In this document: positions 39,191 through 51,448 of the stretch, in pieces
Position numbering within the stretch: the first letter of the stretch is position 1
Layout: the number at the start of each line of letters is the position of its first letter
Assembly: GCA_963740315.1 (NCBI GenBank)
Contig: CAVUDP010000002.1
Coordinates: 2,176,001 to 2,240,000, forward strand
Length of the DNA: 64,000 nucleotides
Direction: 5' to 3'
From: an uncultured cyanobacterium
Lineage (GTDB): Bacteria; Cyanobacteriota; Cyanobacteriia; Cyanobacteriales; Nostocaceae
Made by a program: the position numbers and the translations under genes
Notes under the pieces: model-generated
Seen by the model: only the letters and a program-made list of their open reading frames with translations
Told to the model about the DNA's origin: nothing
The model's database searches: none

Positions 39191-42096
39191 CACTTCCCAC
39201 TCCAGGGAATCATCGGATCTTTGGCAAGCATTTTAGATACTTCGTATGCACCGTAACGGTTGAGGTGACTGGGATCGGAAAAGTAGTCGTTGGCTTTTAA
39301 CCATGTTTGACTTAAGTCTCGGTAAATGAAGTTGGAACGGGTTGCTAAACTCAGCATATATTGTTCAAATTCTTGTTCGTATTTTGTACGTGTTGGATCT
39401 AAATACTCTGCTGTCAGAGGCAAATTTACGAACACTACATTTATATTCCGGGATTCTGTGTAGTTGAGTAATGCTTCTAAGGCTGCGTTTTGCTCGCCGA
39501 CTAATTCAAAGTTTTGATAGTCTCGATCGTAAATACCTCCAACTTTTGGGTGTTTTTTGTAATAAGTATTGGGATCGAAGCGCATGGATAAAGGTAAAAA
39601 CCCATCAAAATCGACTGCGTAATTAGAAACATCTTCTGAATCTGTTAAGTCGTTTGCAGAATCTGCTTTTTTTAAAGCGCCGATTATGGGTAAAGATTTA
39701 TATATTTTGACAAGCTGACTTTTTAATTCGTCGCGTTTGTCGTAGGAACTTGAAACGGTGGCGAATCCTTCATTTAATGTGTCGTTAATAATTTCATAGC
39801 CATTACTTTTTTGTTTAGTAATTTCTACTTCTTTGGCAGTTTTTGGCGAATTGTCTTGGGAATCTTGTCTTGCTAATGATGCTTTTAACGCATACTGATA
39901 ACCACGGGATGCAGCGATCGCATCAAAGGTGTTATCTTCTCTACCGCTATTAAAGGCACGAGAACCATCTGCCCAAATAATTGTACGCGGTAATTCTGCT
40001 GGTTGAAGTACGCGACGAATGATAAAGTCTACAACTTGGGCTGTTGCGCCGTTAATACCGAAGTTAAATACATCAACATCCCGATAGCCTTCGGTTGCTA
40101 AACCTTTAGAAAGTGCGGCTGGATCTATACCTCGTAAAGCACGGGAAGAACCGATAATTAAAACATCGGGTGGCGTACCGTTTTTTGCCAAACGTTGCTT
40201 GTATAACGCCAACTGTTCGTCTAACTGGCGAGAATTAAAACTGGGAAGTTGCGATCGCGCTGCTAGGAGTATGGCAGTTGCTGTTGCTTTACCTCTTGCT
40301 GCTTGATTTTGCTGGGTGAAGCCAGAGCCATTAAATGTTGAGTTGGGGTTGGATTTTTCTTCGGTGGTGTTGGCGAGAAATGCGGTTGTTGTTTCTTCTG
40401 TAGCGACTGGTGGCGATTGAGTCACTGTTGTTGCAGGTGCGCCGTAACTCAAGATTTGACCTAATACCCAATCAGTTTGTAGAGTCAGCAATAATCCTAA
40501 ACTTCCCCAAATTAAGGCAATGCGACGGATTCGGTTGTCTGAGTTTGACTCGGATGGCTGCTTTTCAACAAATAACTGGGTTTTCAAGAACCAATTTTTA
40601 ATGGTTCCACCCCAATCCCGCGCTACAGAGGCAACAAAAGTGTGAACTTCTTCGGCGGTTAAATCCGGACGCAATACGGGTTCGTTCTCGTTGGGTAACA
40701 GTTCCTGTACGTAGGCAGAAGTAGCAGCAAATTCTGGAGTTGCTTCTGGTACTACCCGTTGCCGTTGCTGGAAATCGGTTCCAAACTGCCAAAATGGTTT
40801 TTTGTTACCGGCACGTCTTCCGTAAATCCGCGCTCCTGCAAGCCCTGGCACTTGCAAATGTTTAACAAAATTAATCACTTTGGCAGCTATTCGTTTGCGT
40901 GCGGGGCATACTGGAGCATCGCACATGATGTGTAATAAATCTTGCTTTTGCGCCAAAATTACGCGAATACCGCCAGTTTTCAAACGCCTGTCTAAGTTGG
41001 GATTGAGCAAGCGCTGGAGTAAAAAGGTAATTGCTTCAATATCGCCAACCTTGGCTAATTCCATTGGTGATGTTGCCAAAGCCGGATGTTCTTTAGCTGG
41101 CAAAGACTGCCAATCAATCCAGGAGGGTTGACTATCCGTTGCGGTTTGTTGTCCGTAAATTGCTGCGGATAATAACCCTTGAGGGGCGATCGCTTCTATA
41201 AGAGGAATAATTTTATCCAAACATAATGTTTTGTCAGGAATTACTTGTTCTTCGGAGGATTTAGAGGCTGGCGTACAAAATATATGTAGCGTTGAATCTT
41301 GTAGAGAAGCCTGTACCTCTACCGATGAATTGGCAAATTTAATATTTAAAAGCCTGACAATTGCTTGGACATCTCCCCATCGCGCCCATTCTTTGAGCAT
41401 TACCTCTGGGGGTGTCAAATCAATCAGCAGCAGCCAATCGGGTTGGGTTTCGCCGACAACTTGTGTCGAAATAACTGCATCTTTGTAGTTCAAGAGGTTA
41501 AGATTTCTTAACTTAGTTGCTACAGGTTCCGCAATTAAGGACGGGTCTGGCGTATAATTCGACTGACAAAAAACCCACAAACGATTTTTGCGATCGGCAA
41601 TCTTAGCAGCTTTTTGATTTTTAACTTTGACTTGAACTGCGACACCTAAAGTACTCAGCGTTTCGCTAAGATAGCGAGCGATCGCGATGGGATCTCCCTG
41701 ACGGGCTAAACTTTCATTAGATAAAATTAGCGCTCCACCAGAAGACGTATCCGCCCTTAAAAGTCCGAGTTTTACTTCCTCTAAGTGCTTGTCAAGTTGA
41801 TTTAAGTAAACCTTATGGCACCATTCGGGACGTTTTTCGGTTTTTTTCTTTCCGTAAACGAAAACTTGGTATATTGAAGGTTGTTCGCTTTTTGTTAAAG
41901 CATCTAAATTAGTTTGCTGTAATGCTTTAAGCAAATCAGATAAAGTGTTCCAACGGGGAGGACTTTCATGTGATTCGCAAAGAATATGCAGGTCGTTTCC
42001 TCGCAACCGGACTTTTACCCCTAAAGAGTTTATTCCTGTTGCTTGGCTTACCCACTGTGCTAATGATTGTTGGGTTTCTAAAAAGGCTGTTTTCAT
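39190..42096 (-). CDS. DUF1574-type membrane protein with C-terminal SGNH-like domain, probable partner of the MBOAT
   Basis: GSSR, FNFGINGA and FSDPSHLN motifs after a single TM helix. ATG 42096 preferred. Confidence 0.75.
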   Translation of the reverse strand: MKTAFLETQQSLAQWVSQATGINSLGVKVRLRGNDLHILCESHESPPRWNTLSDLLKALQQTNLDALTKSEQPSIYQVFVYGKKKTEKRPEWCHKVYLNQLDKHLEEVKLGLLRADTSSGGALILSNESLARQGDPIAIARYLSETLSTLGVAVQVKVKNQKAAKIADRKNRLWVFCQSNYTPDPSLIAEPVATKLRNLNLLNYKDAVISTQVVGETQPDWLLLIDLTPPEVMLKEWARWGDVQAIVRLLNIKFANSSVEVQASLQDSTLHIFCTPASKSSEEQVIPDKTLCLDKIIPLIEAIAPQGLLSAAIYGQQTATDSQPSWIDWQSLPAKEHPALATSPMELAKVGDIEAITFLLQRLLNPNLDRRLKTGGIRVILAQKQDLLHIMCDAPVCPARKRIAAKVINFVKHLQVPGLAGARIYGRRAGNKKPFWQFGTDFQQRQRVVPEATPEFAATSAYVQELLPNENEPVLRPDLTAEEVHTFVASVARDWGGTIKNWFLKTQLFVEKQPSESNSDNRIRRIALIWGSLGLLLTLQTDWVLGQILSYGAPATTVTQSPPVATEETTTAFLANTTEEKSNPNSTFNGSGFTQQNQAARGKATATAILLAARSQLPSFNSRQLDEQLALYKQRLAKNGTPPDVLIIGSSRALRGIDPAALSKGLATEGYRDVDVFNFGINGATAQVVDFIIRRVLQPAELPRTIIWADGSRAFNSGREDNTFDAIAASRGYQYALKASLARQDSQDNSPKTAKEVEITKQKSNGYEIINDTLNEGFATVSSSYDKRDELKSQLVKIYKSLPIIGALKKADSANDLTDSEDVSNYAVDFDGFLPLSMRFDPNTYYKKHPKVGGIYDRDYQNFELVGEQNAALEALLNYTESRNINVVFVNLPLTAEYLDPTRTKYEQEFEQYMLSLATRSNFIYRDLSQTWLKANDYFSDPSHLNRYGAYEVSKMLAKDPMIPWSGK

Positions 42097-42350
42097 CGGC
42101 AGTTGACGAAAAGGAATTGAGCGGATGCGGTGGATGTTGGCGACAACTAGTAAACTAGAATCATCGGATCGTTGAGCTTTAAAACTTTTTTGTCGCACTG
42201 AAGGCGATTTTGGGAGCAAGTTTTTAGCTTTTATTCGTTAACTAACTGATTTAATTAGCCCATATTATCTTTGTAAAGATACTTATAGTTTTCCGTTTAT
42301 AAAGTTTTGTGTTTTATTTAATGTATCTTACTGCATCGTAAAAAATATCT

Positions 42351-42590
42351 ATGTCATCTGAATCTGTTAATTCTAAATCATCTAAAGCCGAATTAAATTT
42401 GGGTTTATTCTCAATTCCCCAGTCTACGATCTTGCAAGCGGGTACCGTTTCTGTCTTAACATTAGTGTTGGCAGAAAAAGCCATTCGCGAAGCACTCATA
42501 ACCGTAGGACAAGCCAGCGAAGAATTATTTCGAGGCGAACGTCTACCGTTACTTGATTTTCCCACTTCAAATTCTGAAAACAAAGACTAA
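42351..42590 (+). CDS. Small conserved cyanobacterial hypothetical protein
   Basis: GQASEELFRGERLPLLDF motif; sits directly upstream of ppc. Confidence 0.65.
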   Translation: MSSESVNSKSSKAELNLGLFSIPQSTILQAGTVSVLTLVLAEKAIREALITVGQASEELFRGERLPLLDFPTSNSENKD

Positions 42591-42698
42591 AACCCAGTAT
42601 AAGAAGTGTTAACCCATCTTGGGATAAATTTCAGGTAATGTGGGTGCAGAACCACGAAAAAATAATAAATAGTAATCTGCTCTCTTACCTATTAGGAT

Positions 42699-45600
42699 AT
42701 GAGTACCGTTTTATACCCTCATGCTCAGGCTGTAAATATCTACCCCGCATCAGATTTGTTTTTGCGCCATCGTTTACAAATCGTCGAGGAAGTGTGGGAA
42801 TTGGTTCTCCGCGAAGAATGCGGACAACAGATGGTAGATCTCCTCAAACAGTTACGCGATTTATGTTCTCCGGAAGGACAAGCAACCGATAACCAAGTTG
42901 CCCCGGTATCTAGCTTAATTGAACAATTGAGCATCAATGAAGCAATTAGGGCGGCTCGTGGATTTGCTTTGTATTTCCAGTTGATCAACATCGTAGAACA
43001 GGATTACGAACAACAGCAGCAATTGACTCGCTACGAAGAAAATGAGGAAGTTGGAGACAAAGAAACTTTACCTAAAATTATTTATTCGAGCAATCAACAA
43101 GTAGAAGACGTTCACCTCAACAACGGGGTTAATGCAGATTTATTAGCAAAAAGCTGGCAAGCCAAAGCCAATTCAAAAGATAAAGGTACATTTGCCGAAT
43201 TATTTCCCAAGTTATTTAAACTAAACGTACCACCGGCTCAAATTCAACGCTTGATTGCACAATTGGACGTGCGATTAGTGTTTACAGCTCACCCAACTGA
43301 GATTGTCCGTCCCACCATCCGAGACAAACAGCGGCGAGTAGTAAATTTACTGCAAAAACTAGATACATCCGAAAAGCGTGGCAATATTAGTGCGGTCGGA
43401 TATTCTTGGGAAACAACCCAAATTCGCAATCAATTACTCGAAGAGATTCGTTTATGGTGGCGTACCGACGAACTGCATCAGTTTAAACCCAGCGTACTTG
43501 ATGAAGTAGATTATGCGCTGCACTACTTCAAAGAAGTACTGTTTGATGCTACTCCCCAACTCTACGAGCGTCTCAAGCACGCTTTAAATACGACCTTTTC
43601 CAGACTAGAGCCACCTTCTAAAAGCTTTTGTCAATTTGGTTCTTGGGTAGGTGCCGATCGCGACGGAAATCCATCGGTAACGCCGGAAATAACTTGGCAG
43701 ACGGCTTGCTATCAACGCCATATGGTGTTAGAAAAATACATCGAATCCGCTAAAAGTTTAATTGAATTATTAAGCGTATCGCTGCACTGGAGCGATGTGC
43801 TACCGGACTTATTAGAATCGCTGGAAATCGAACAGTCCCAGATGAGCGAAGTTTACGATGCATTAGCTTTACGCTATCGTCAAGAACCTTATCGGTTGAA
43901 ACTTGCTTATGTAGTCAAGCGATTGGAAAATACGCGCGATCGCAATTTAGCTTTGCAGAAACGCGAGATTATCAAAGACGACGAAGCACCATTTTATGGT
44001 GACAAAGATGAATTTTTAACCGATTTGAGATTAATTCAACGTAACTTGTCAGAAACGGGTTTAAAGTGTCAGCAATTAGAAAATCTTCTCACTCAAGTTG
44101 AAATTTTTGGCTTTAATTTGACCCAATTAGATATTCGGCAAGAATCAACTCGCCATAGCGATGCGATCGGCGAAATATTAGAATATTTAGGGATATTAGA
44201 GACAAAATACGACGACCTAACAGAAGATGAGAAGATTGCTTGGTTAGTAGTCGAACTGCAAACCAGAAGACCTTTAATCCCCGCGCAATTACCGTTTGGA
44301 GATAAAACCAACGAAATTGTTTCAACGATGCGCTTAGTGCGATCGCTGCAACAAGAATTTGATTGCAACATCTGTCAAACTTATATTATCAGTATGTGTT
44401 GCTCCGTCAGCGACGTACTAGAAGTATTGCTATTAGCTAAAGAAGCAGGACTTTACGACCCCGGAACCGCTGTAGGTACGATCCGAGTAGTCCCCTTATT
44501 TGAAACAGTCGAAGATTTACAGCGATCGAGACAAGTGATGAAAGACTTGTTTTCCCTTCCTTTGTATCGCGCCTTGCTTGCGGGAGGTTATGCAGCTTAT
44601 GAGGAGGAGATAAAGGGACAAGGGGACGAGACAAGGGGACAAGATTCTACCTTAAATCCCAACTTACAGGAAATAATGTTGGGATATTCCGACAGTAATA
44701 AAGATTCCGGTTTTCTGAGCAGTAATTGGGAGATTCACAAAGCCCAGAAATCATTGCAGCAAATCGCCGAAGAATACGGCTTAAGCGTGCGAATATTCCA
44801 CGGACGAGGTGGTTCCGTAGGACGCGGTGGAGGTCCAGCTTACGAGGCGATTTTGGCTCAACCGGGTAAAAGTATCAACGGACGGATCAAAATTACCGAA
44901 CAAGGAGAAGTTCTAGCTTCCAAATACTCCCTACCAGATTTAGCGCTCTACAATCTCGAAACCATCACCACCGCCGTAATTCAAGCCAGTTTATTACGCG
45001 CCGGGTTTGACGACATCGAACCCTGGAACGAAATCATGGAAGAATTAGCAGCGCGATCGCGTACCCACTATCGAGATTTAATCTACGAGCAGCCAGATTT
45101 TATCGACTTTTTCAATCAAGTTACTCCCATCGAAGAAATTAGTCAGTTACAAATCAGTTCTCGCCCCGCTCGTCGCCCATCGGGGAAAAAAGGTTTAAGC
45201 AGCTTGCGGGCAATTCCTTGGGTATTTAGCTGGACGCAAACCCGATTTTTGCTGCCTGCATGGTATGGAGTCGGTACCGCTTTGCAAGAATTTATCAACG
45301 AAGCCCCCGACGACCACATACAGCTACTACAATGCTTTTACAGAAAGTGGCCATTTTTCAAAATGGTGATTTCCAAGGTAGAAATGACCTTGGCAAAAGT
45401 CGATTTACAAATGGCGCGACACTATGTAGAGGAACTATCCAAACCTGAAGATAAGCACCGCTTTTACCAGGTATTTAATCAAATTTCCAGCGAATATTAC
45501 CTGACAAAAAACTTAGTCTTAGGAATCACTGGCAACGAAAGACTGTTGGATGGAGATCCAGTTTTACAGCGTTCGGTACAGTTGAGAAATGGTACTATTG

Positions 45601-45764
45601 TACCTCTAGGATTTATCCAGGTATCCTTACTCAAACGTTTACGCAACAGTAAAACCAACGCTTCCTCTGGCGTAATTCATTCACGTTACAGCAAAGGAGA
45701 ATTACTCCGAGGTGCGTTGTTAACCATTAACGGAATTGCCGCTGGGATGAGAAATACTGGTTAA
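42699..45764 (+). CDS. ppc: Phosphoenolpyruvate carboxylase
   Basis: [38 protein letters not shown]-terminal MRNTG. Confidence 0.99.
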   Translation: MSTVLYPHAQAVNIYPASDLFLRHRLQIVEEVWELVLREECGQQMVDLLKQLRDLCSPEGQATDNQVAPVSSLIEQLSINEAIRAARGFALYFQLINIVEQDYEQQQQLTRYEENEEVGDKETLPKIIYSSNQQVEDVHLNNGVNADLLAKSWQAKANSKDKGTFAELFPKLFKLNVPPAQIQRLIAQLDVRLVFTAHPTEIVRPTIRDKQRRVVNLLQKLDTSEKRGNISAVGYSWETTQIRNQLLEEIRLWWRTDELHQFKPSVLDEVDYALHYFKEVLFDATPQLYERLKHALNTTFSRLEPPSKSFCQFGSWVGADRDGNPSVTPEITWQTACYQRHMVLEKYIESAKSLIELLSVSLHWSDVLPDLLESLEIEQSQMSEVYDALALRYRQEPYRLKLAYVVKRLENTRDRNLALQKREIIKDDEAPFYGDKDEFLTDLRLIQRNLSETGLKCQQLENLLTQVEIFGFNLTQLDIRQESTRHSDAIGEILEYLGILETKYDDLTEDEKIAWLVVELQTRRPLIPAQLPFGDKTNEIVSTMRLVRSLQQEFDCNICQTYIISMCCSVSDVLEVLLLAKEAGLYDPGTAVGTIRVVPLFETVEDLQRSRQVMKDLFSLPLYRALLAGGYAAYEEEIKGQGDETRGQDSTLNPNLQEIMLGYSDSNKDSGFLSSNWEIHKAQKSLQQIAEEYGLSVRIFHGRGGSVGRGGGPAYEAILAQPGKSINGRIKITEQGEVLASKYSLPDLALYNLETITTAVIQASLLRAGFDDIEPWNEIMEELAARSRTHYRDLIYEQPDFIDFFNQVTPIEEISQLQISSRPARRPSGKKGLSSLRAIPWVFSWTQTRFLLPAWYGVGTALQEFINEAPDDHIQLLQCFYRKWPFFKMVISKVEMTLAKVDLQMARHYVEELSKPEDKHRFYQVFNQISSEYYLTKNLVLGITGNERLLDGDPVLQRSVQLRNGTIVPLGFIQVSLLKRLRNSKTNASSGVIHSRYSKGELLRGALLTINGIAAGMRNTG

Positions 45765-45854
45765 TTGGGCATAGGGGATTATCTCTTAAGATCCCTCCTT
45801 TTTATGTCCAAGTGAAAACCACTATAGATGCGGACACTACCGGAATTAATTGGA

Positions 45855-46172
45855 ACTACTAGTACATTTAATTAGTTTTGATAGGTTCGTAGTAAGGGCT
45901 TTAGCGCCTCCGGATTGGGCTAAAGCCCTTACTACAAACCTATCAGAATTAATCAAACGCACTACTAGTACTCTTTTTTATCAATTTTGAAGGGTAAAAA
46001 GGTTCGTAGTAAGGACTTGGGTCCCTCCGGATTTGGTGCTAAAGCCCTTACTACAAACCTATCAGAATTAATCAAACGCACTACTAGTAGTCGATCGCAT
46101 TAAATATGACTGGTTCTACCTGCCGATTTTAGTTCCAAATCCTCAGAGTTAAAACTCTTACTACGAACCTTT
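45855..46172. repeat. Tandem REP/MITE-like palindromes of the GGTTCGTAGTAAG family
   Basis: Two units GGTTCGTAGTAAGG...CCCTTACTACAAACCTATCAGAATTAATCAAACGCACTACTAGTA plus a half unit; same family as 21416. Confidence 0.85.
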
Positions 46173-46405
46173 GTTTTGATGGGTTCGTTTTTCCCATTCA
46201 CCGTAGGAGACTATTCTGTGCTACGTCTCTACAACCCATTAAAAACTCCGACTTCTAAAATTAGGTTAGAAATCGGAGAATTATGAATTATTCTTTTGTA
46301 TTCGGTATTTTAATAGCTAAGGTGCTAAGAGCAGGTTTGATGTTTTTAGCTACTAATTACCAGAAAAATTGGATTTACCGGCTTCAAGATTCACGCCAAA
46401 TCAAT

Positions 46406-46861
46406 CTAATCCCAATCTGGAATATTTAAATCTTCGCCACCAACACCGATTCCTGTATGGAATATTTCAGCATCAGCGATATTAATATCTTCCATCGATG
46501 CCTCGTACACGTTGGAGTCGTAAATCTTAGCGTTAGCTAAATTGGCATCATTCATATTAGCTTGCTTGAAATTGACGTTTGTCAAAAACGCCGAACTTAG
46601 CTTAGCGCCTTCTAAATTTGCACGAGTCAAGTCAGCACCTTCAAGATTCGCGTGTTCGAGGTTTGCTCCTTGAAGATTCGCTCCTCTCAAATCGGCACCA
46701 ATTAAATGCGAGCCGCGTAGATTTGCTCCTGACAAGTCACAAGCCACGCATTCCCCAGTCTTAAGCAGCTTTTGTACGTGCTGCGGATTTTCAGCTTTTA
46801 CCAAGCTAGCGAAAAAGAGGGGAGCCACTATAGTTAAAGCAGCCAAAAATCTCTTAATCAT
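46406..46861 (-). CDS. Secreted/lumenal pentapeptide-repeat protein
   Basis: Signal peptide, C..CDLSGANL and A(D/N)LxG repeats. Confidence 0.92.
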   Translation of the reverse strand: MIKRFLAALTIVAPLFFASLVKAENPQHVQKLLKTGECVACDLSGANLRGSHLIGADLRGANLQGANLEHANLEGADLTRANLEGAKLSSAFLTNVNFKQANMNDANLANAKIYDSNVYEASMEDINIADAEIFHTGIGVGGEDLNIPDWD

Positions 46862-47283
46862 AATAATTATCCCTTTCCAATCTAATATCTTCCGTTCATT
46901 GCCTCACTTCTCTATTATCTCATTAAATCGCTGGAGTATAAGGATTAACGACAAAGCTTCACAGTGAGAATCATTATCATCTTCCGTCACAAGCAGACAA
47001 ATAATTGATTTAACTTAATACTCTCAAGGTTTTCAGCGATTCCTGAATCGGGACAATTCTGGATTTGTTGATGTTAAGTTTTGTTAAGATGCTTGTTTAA
47101 TTTGTATCATTTAATTTTTATTTACTAGAAGATTTACATAAGAAAAATTTCAAAGTTAAAGATATACGGGGAATATAGGAACAAAATTCCAATCAACTGA
47201 GTAATATATATGTCTTAGTTTGACCTGTATTTTTAAAATTCCCCATACCGGCATTATCAAGAAACTGGGATAATTAGATTAAA

Positions 47284-48135
47284 TCAAGTAGCCAGAAATT
47301 CTCGCATATACTGATTTACTAACTGTGGCTGTTCTTGCTGTACCCAGTGGCTGCAATTGGGAATATATTTAATTTGGAAGTCTTTGACGTAGGCTTCGGT
47401 ACCGTAAGTTAATTCTTTTCCTAATGCGGTATCTTCTTCACCCCAAATCATCAAAGTTGGAACTTCAAGAATGCTCCAGTTTTGATTGAACATTTGCGGG
47501 CTAAAAATATTCCGGTAGTAGTTTATCATCGCCGTTAATGCTCCGCGTTTAGCGCCAGCGTCTTTATAAGCATCAATATCTTCTTTACTGAAAGCACTTT
47601 TATTAATTGCCATACCTTTAAAAGCATTTTCAATAAATTGATAGTCTTTAGCTTGAAGAAATAATTCCGGAATTACGGGTAGTTGGAAAAGGAACATATA
47701 CCAGCTACGCAATAATTGTTGAGGAGTTCGTAAACCTTGAGACAATTTAGCGGGATGGGGGCAATTCATAATAATTAATTTTTCTACCATTTCCGGGTGA
47801 GTGTAAGCAAAATTCCAAGCAATTGCTCCTCCCCAATCGTGCGCTACCAGCACGCATTTTTCGTATCCCAATCCGCGAATCATACCTTCTACATCTCGGA
47901 TTAATTCCTTAATTACATAAGCCGACTGCTCGCGAGGTTTTTCGCTATCGTTGTAACCGCGTAAATCTGGCGCAACTACTTTAAAATCTGAGGCAAATTC
48001 TGGAATTTGATATCGCCACGAGTACCAAAACTCCGGAAACCCGTGCAGCATTAACATTAAAGGACCACTTCCTTGAGTTACGTAGTGGAGGTTTACCCCA
48101 TTAGTGGTGATGCGATCGTGTTGCCAAGTTTCCAT
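47284..48135 (-). CDS. Alpha/beta hydrolase, epoxide-hydrolase-like
   Basis: LHGFPEFW, HDWGG, SHWVQQE. Confidence 0.92.
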   Translation of the reverse strand: METWQHDRITTNGVNLHYVTQGSGPLMLMLHGFPEFWYSWRYQIPEFASDFKVVAPDLRGYNDSEKPREQSAYVIKELIRDVEGMIRGLGYEKCVLVAHDWGGAIAWNFAYTHPEMVEKLIIMNCPHPAKLSQGLRTPQQLLRSWYMFLFQLPVIPELFLQAKDYQFIENAFKGMAINKSAFSKEDIDAYKDAGAKRGALTAMINYYRNIFSPQMFNQNWSILEVPTLMIWGEEDTALGKELTYGTEAYVKDFQIKYIPNCSHWVQQEQPQLVNQYMREFLAT

Positions 48136-48459
48136 AATATTTAAGAGAGACTATTTGCTTATATTACTGGGAGATGGGGAGACAAGGGGACAAGGAGATG
48201 GGGGGAGGGGGAGATGGGGAGTTAGGAGTTGGGAGTTGGGAGTTGGGAGTTATTAATATTGTTCACTGCTCACTGTTAATTGCTTGCTACTTATTCATAA
48301 CCTCTAAATTCTTGACTTTAAATTCAAACTTTTTTAACTCTTAACTCTTAACTTCTCACTCCTAACTATAAAATCTCTATATATTAGATTGTTCTAGAGA
48401 TAGATGTGTATAGTTGTTTTTCGTGGGTAGATAAATAATAACTATTATTTATTAAAACT

Positions 48460-49278
48460 ATGACGCAACAAATATCACACCAACCTGCTGCGTGGATTGA
48501 GCGATTGGCAAGGTTTGGTTATGCTTCAAAAGGAGCGGTATACTTTCTTGTTGGATTGCTGGCTGTACAGGCGGCTTTTGGTAGGGGAGGGAAAAAAACA
48601 GATACGGAAGGAGCTTTGAAAACTTTAGTACAGCAGCCTTTTGGTCAAGTTTTACTAGGTTTGGTTGCGATCGGTTTAATGGGTTATGTGCTATGGCGTT
48701 TTGTTGAAGCAATTAACGATCCGGAAAATAAAGGCACCGATCTTAAAGGGATAGCAACAAGACTTAGTTATTTAGCGAATGGTTTGGCTTATGCTGGTTT
48801 GGCTTGGACTGCGGTACAAATTATTATGGGAAGTGCAACTAGTGATGGGGGCGATAGTAAAAAAGATTGGACTGCTCGCTTGCTAAATCAACCTTTCGGA
48901 CAATGGTTGGTAGGGACTATTGGTGTGGGTGTAATTGCTTTCGGATTTTATTATTTATATAAAGCTTTTACCGCTAAATTCCAGAGAAAATTGGATTTAT
49001 CGGAATTAAGTAATGTTGAGCGTAAATGGGTTATAGCCATTTGTAGGTTTGGTTTGGCTGCAAGAAGTATTGTATTCTTTTTAATTGGTTGGTTTGTTAT
49101 TGAAGCGGCATATATGGCTCAAGCAAGTCAAGTTGGTGGACTCGATCAAGCATTGGAAGCTTTATCAGATCAGCCTTACGGACCTTGGTTGCTGACGGTT
49201 GTGGCTTTGGGTTTGATGGCTTATGGCGTATATATGATCGTTCAAGCCCGGTACCGTCGCCTTAACCCAAATATGTAA
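48460..49278 (+). CDS. DUF1206 membrane protein
   Basis: Three repeats of ARxG...L..QPFG.WLL. Confidence 0.85.
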   Translation: MTQQISHQPAAWIERLARFGYASKGAVYFLVGLLAVQAAFGRGGKKTDTEGALKTLVQQPFGQVLLGLVAIGLMGYVLWRFVEAINDPENKGTDLKGIATRLSYLANGLAYAGLAWTAVQIIMGSATSDGGDSKKDWTARLLNQPFGQWLVGTIGVGVIAFGFYYLYKAFTAKFQRKLDLSELSNVERKWVIAICRFGLAARSIVFFLIGWFVIEAAYMAQASQVGGLDQALEALSDQPYGPWLLTVVALGLMAYGVYMIVQARYRRLNPNM

Positions 49279-49437
49279 TGCGGGCATTTGCTTTGATTTA
49301 TGTTAGCGACAGCTTGGTGCAGCCATAATGATTAGTTGAGATTACGAATAGGGAACAGAAAACGGGGAATATAAAGCGTAACTCAACGAAAATTTAAACT
49401 AAGAATTATTCCTATATCAATTCCTATATTATCTAAA

Positions 49438-50586
49438 ATGTCAGTTACTGAAATACGCGGCGTATGGCTAACTACTACAGCTAGTGAAGTATTTGATTCT
49501 CGCGAAAATATTGTCGAAGCAATGGATTTTATTGCTGAAACGGGATTTAATGTAGTGTTTCCGGTGGTGTGGAATAAAGCTGCAACGCAATTTCCCTCTG
49601 GGGTAATGCAGAAAAATTTCGGTGTGGAAATCAATCCGCAATATCGGGGAAGGGATGTTTTAGCGGAAGTAATTACTGAAGCGCATCGGGTGGGATTAAA
49701 AGTAATTCCTTGGTTTGAATATGGTTTTGCTAGTTCTTATAATTCTAATGGAGGAATGTTACTGGCGAAAAAACCACAGTGGGCTGCACGAGACTGTAAA
49801 GGTAATTTGCTGAATAAAAATGGTTTTGAATGGCTGAATGCTCTCGATCGCGAAGTTCAAGATTTTTTATTAAGTTTAATACTCGAAGTTGTTAATAACT
49901 ATGATGTAGACGGCATCCAAGGGGACGATCGCTTGCCCGCACTACCATGTGAAGGTGGTTATGACGAAGGCACTATACAACGATATCAGCTTCAATTCGG
50001 TAAAAAACCACCGCAAAATGTTAAGGATAGTCAATGGTTGCAGTGGCGTGCTGATATTTTGACCGATTTTTTAGCGCGTTTATATAAAGAAGTCAAAGCT
50101 GTAAATAATAATTTATTGGTATCAATGGCTCCGAATATTCACGATTGGGCATTGAAAGAATATTTACAAGATTCGCAGACATGGTTAGAAAAAGGCTTAG
50201 TAGATATTATTCACCCCCAGATTTATCGACGCGATTTTAATAGTTATAAATCTATTGTTGATAAGTTAGTAAAAGAGCAGTTTACGGATAAGACGCTACA
50301 CAAAGTTGCACCGGGGGTGTTAATGAAATTGGGTTCTTATAATATAAATGCTGATTATTTAGTGAAGGTACTTGAATACAATCGTGCTTGCGGTATTCGT
50401 GGGGAGGTATTTTTCTTTTACGAAGGTTTACGAGATAATAATAATGCTGCTGCGGAGGTGTTGCGGAAAGGTTATTATGCGAAATCGGCTGCTTTTCCTT
50501 CTTTGCAAGATTTGAATCGAGGCAATGGCAGTAGGAAGGAAGTAGTAAAAAAGCGAGGTTTTCAGGTGTTTAAAAATTGGTTTTGA
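49438..50586 (+). CDS. GHL10/DUF187 glycoside hydrolase-like protein
   Basis: EIRGVWLT, IPWFEYGF, YDVDGIQGDD, PQIYR. Confidence 0.88.
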   Translation: MSVTEIRGVWLTTTASEVFDSRENIVEAMDFIAETGFNVVFPVVWNKAATQFPSGVMQKNFGVEINPQYRGRDVLAEVITEAHRVGLKVIPWFEYGFASSYNSNGGMLLAKKPQWAARDCKGNLLNKNGFEWLNALDREVQDFLLSLILEVVNNYDVDGIQGDDRLPALPCEGGYDEGTIQRYQLQFGKKPPQNVKDSQWLQWRADILTDFLARLYKEVKAVNNNLLVSMAPNIHDWALKEYLQDSQTWLEKGLVDIIHPQIYRRDFNSYKSIVDKLVKEQFTDKTLHKVAPGVLMKLGSYNINADYLVKVLEYNRACGIRGEVFFFYEGLRDNNNAAAEVLRKGYYAKSAAFPSLQDLNRGNGSRKEVVKKRGFQVFKNWF

Positions 50587-50684
50587 TGAATAAATGATTT
50601 AAAAAACCTTACTAGACACAGAGAACACTGAGAAAGAAATTACAGAGGAAATTCTCATAAAAGCGAACTAAATGAAGATTATTT

Positions 50685-51116
50685 ATGCAATTAGAATATA
50701 AATCGCAGATTGAAGAAAATATCAAAATTCTCAAACATGATTTACCGACTTTGTTTGAGAAAGATATTTCTTATGATATTTATACAGATGATATTTTATT
50801 TAAAGATCCGGTAAATAAGTTTAAATGGAAATTTAACTATAGAATTATCTTTTGGACTTTAAGATTCCACGCTGGGTTGTTTTTTACAGATATTCACTTC
50901 GATCTGCACGATCTATATCAATCAAATGAAAATACAATTTTTGCGAAGTGGACTGTGCGCGGTACTTTACGAGTTCCTTGGCGAGCAAAGATTTTTTTCA
51001 ACGGTCATTCAAATTATACATTAAATGAAGATGGTTTAATAAACAATCATATTGATACTTGGGATCGGAAACCTAGCGAAATTTTAGGTCAGTTTTTCCG
51101 TAAGGGAGAATCTTGA
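50685..51116 (+). CDS. DUF2358 (NTF2-like) protein
   Basis: YDIYTDDILFKDPVN, WTVRG.L..PW, HIDTW. Confidence 0.85.
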   Translation: MQLEYKSQIEENIKILKHDLPTLFEKDISYDIYTDDILFKDPVNKFKWKFNYRIIFWTLRFHAGLFFTDIHFDLHDLYQSNENTIFAKWTVRGTLRVPWRAKIFFNGHSNYTLNEDGLINNHIDTWDRKPSEILGQFFRKGES

Positions 51117-51358
51117 TTTCTATTAGCTTGCACGACTTTAGATTTACTAAAAAGAAACCACCACAACTCTAACCCAATTAAACCAATACCACCTACAGTC
51201 ACGGCAGCTTTTAACCCTAAAGGTTGTTCGATTCGTTGAAATTGGACGTTTTCTTGTTGGGAAGGCATTTCTACAGGTTTTTGAGCCAAAGCTGTTCCTG
51301 CCGATAGAAAAAACCCCACCGCAGCAAGATTTGCTAAAATATTTTTTTTATTCAACAT
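51089..51358 (-). CDS. Small membrane protein downstream of the Cu-ATPase
   Basis: Signal-like N-terminus plus TM segment GLIGLELWWFLFSK; same strand as copA. Confidence 0.65.
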   Translation of the reverse strand: MLNKKNILANLAAVGFFLSAGTALAQKPVEMPSQQENVQFQRIEQPLGLKAAVTVGGIGLIGLELWWFLFSKSKVVQANRNQDSPLRKN

Positions 51359-51448
51359 TATTTATTAACTCCAAAAAATCAATTATTTATCTAATTTTCC
51401 CTTTCTGCTTCCCCTGATTTCCTAATGCAAAAAAAATATTTTTTATCC

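Noticed and set aside
39024..39236. Pro/Ser-rich 70-aa ORF
   Set aside because: Translation of a CCCCATCT STRR tract
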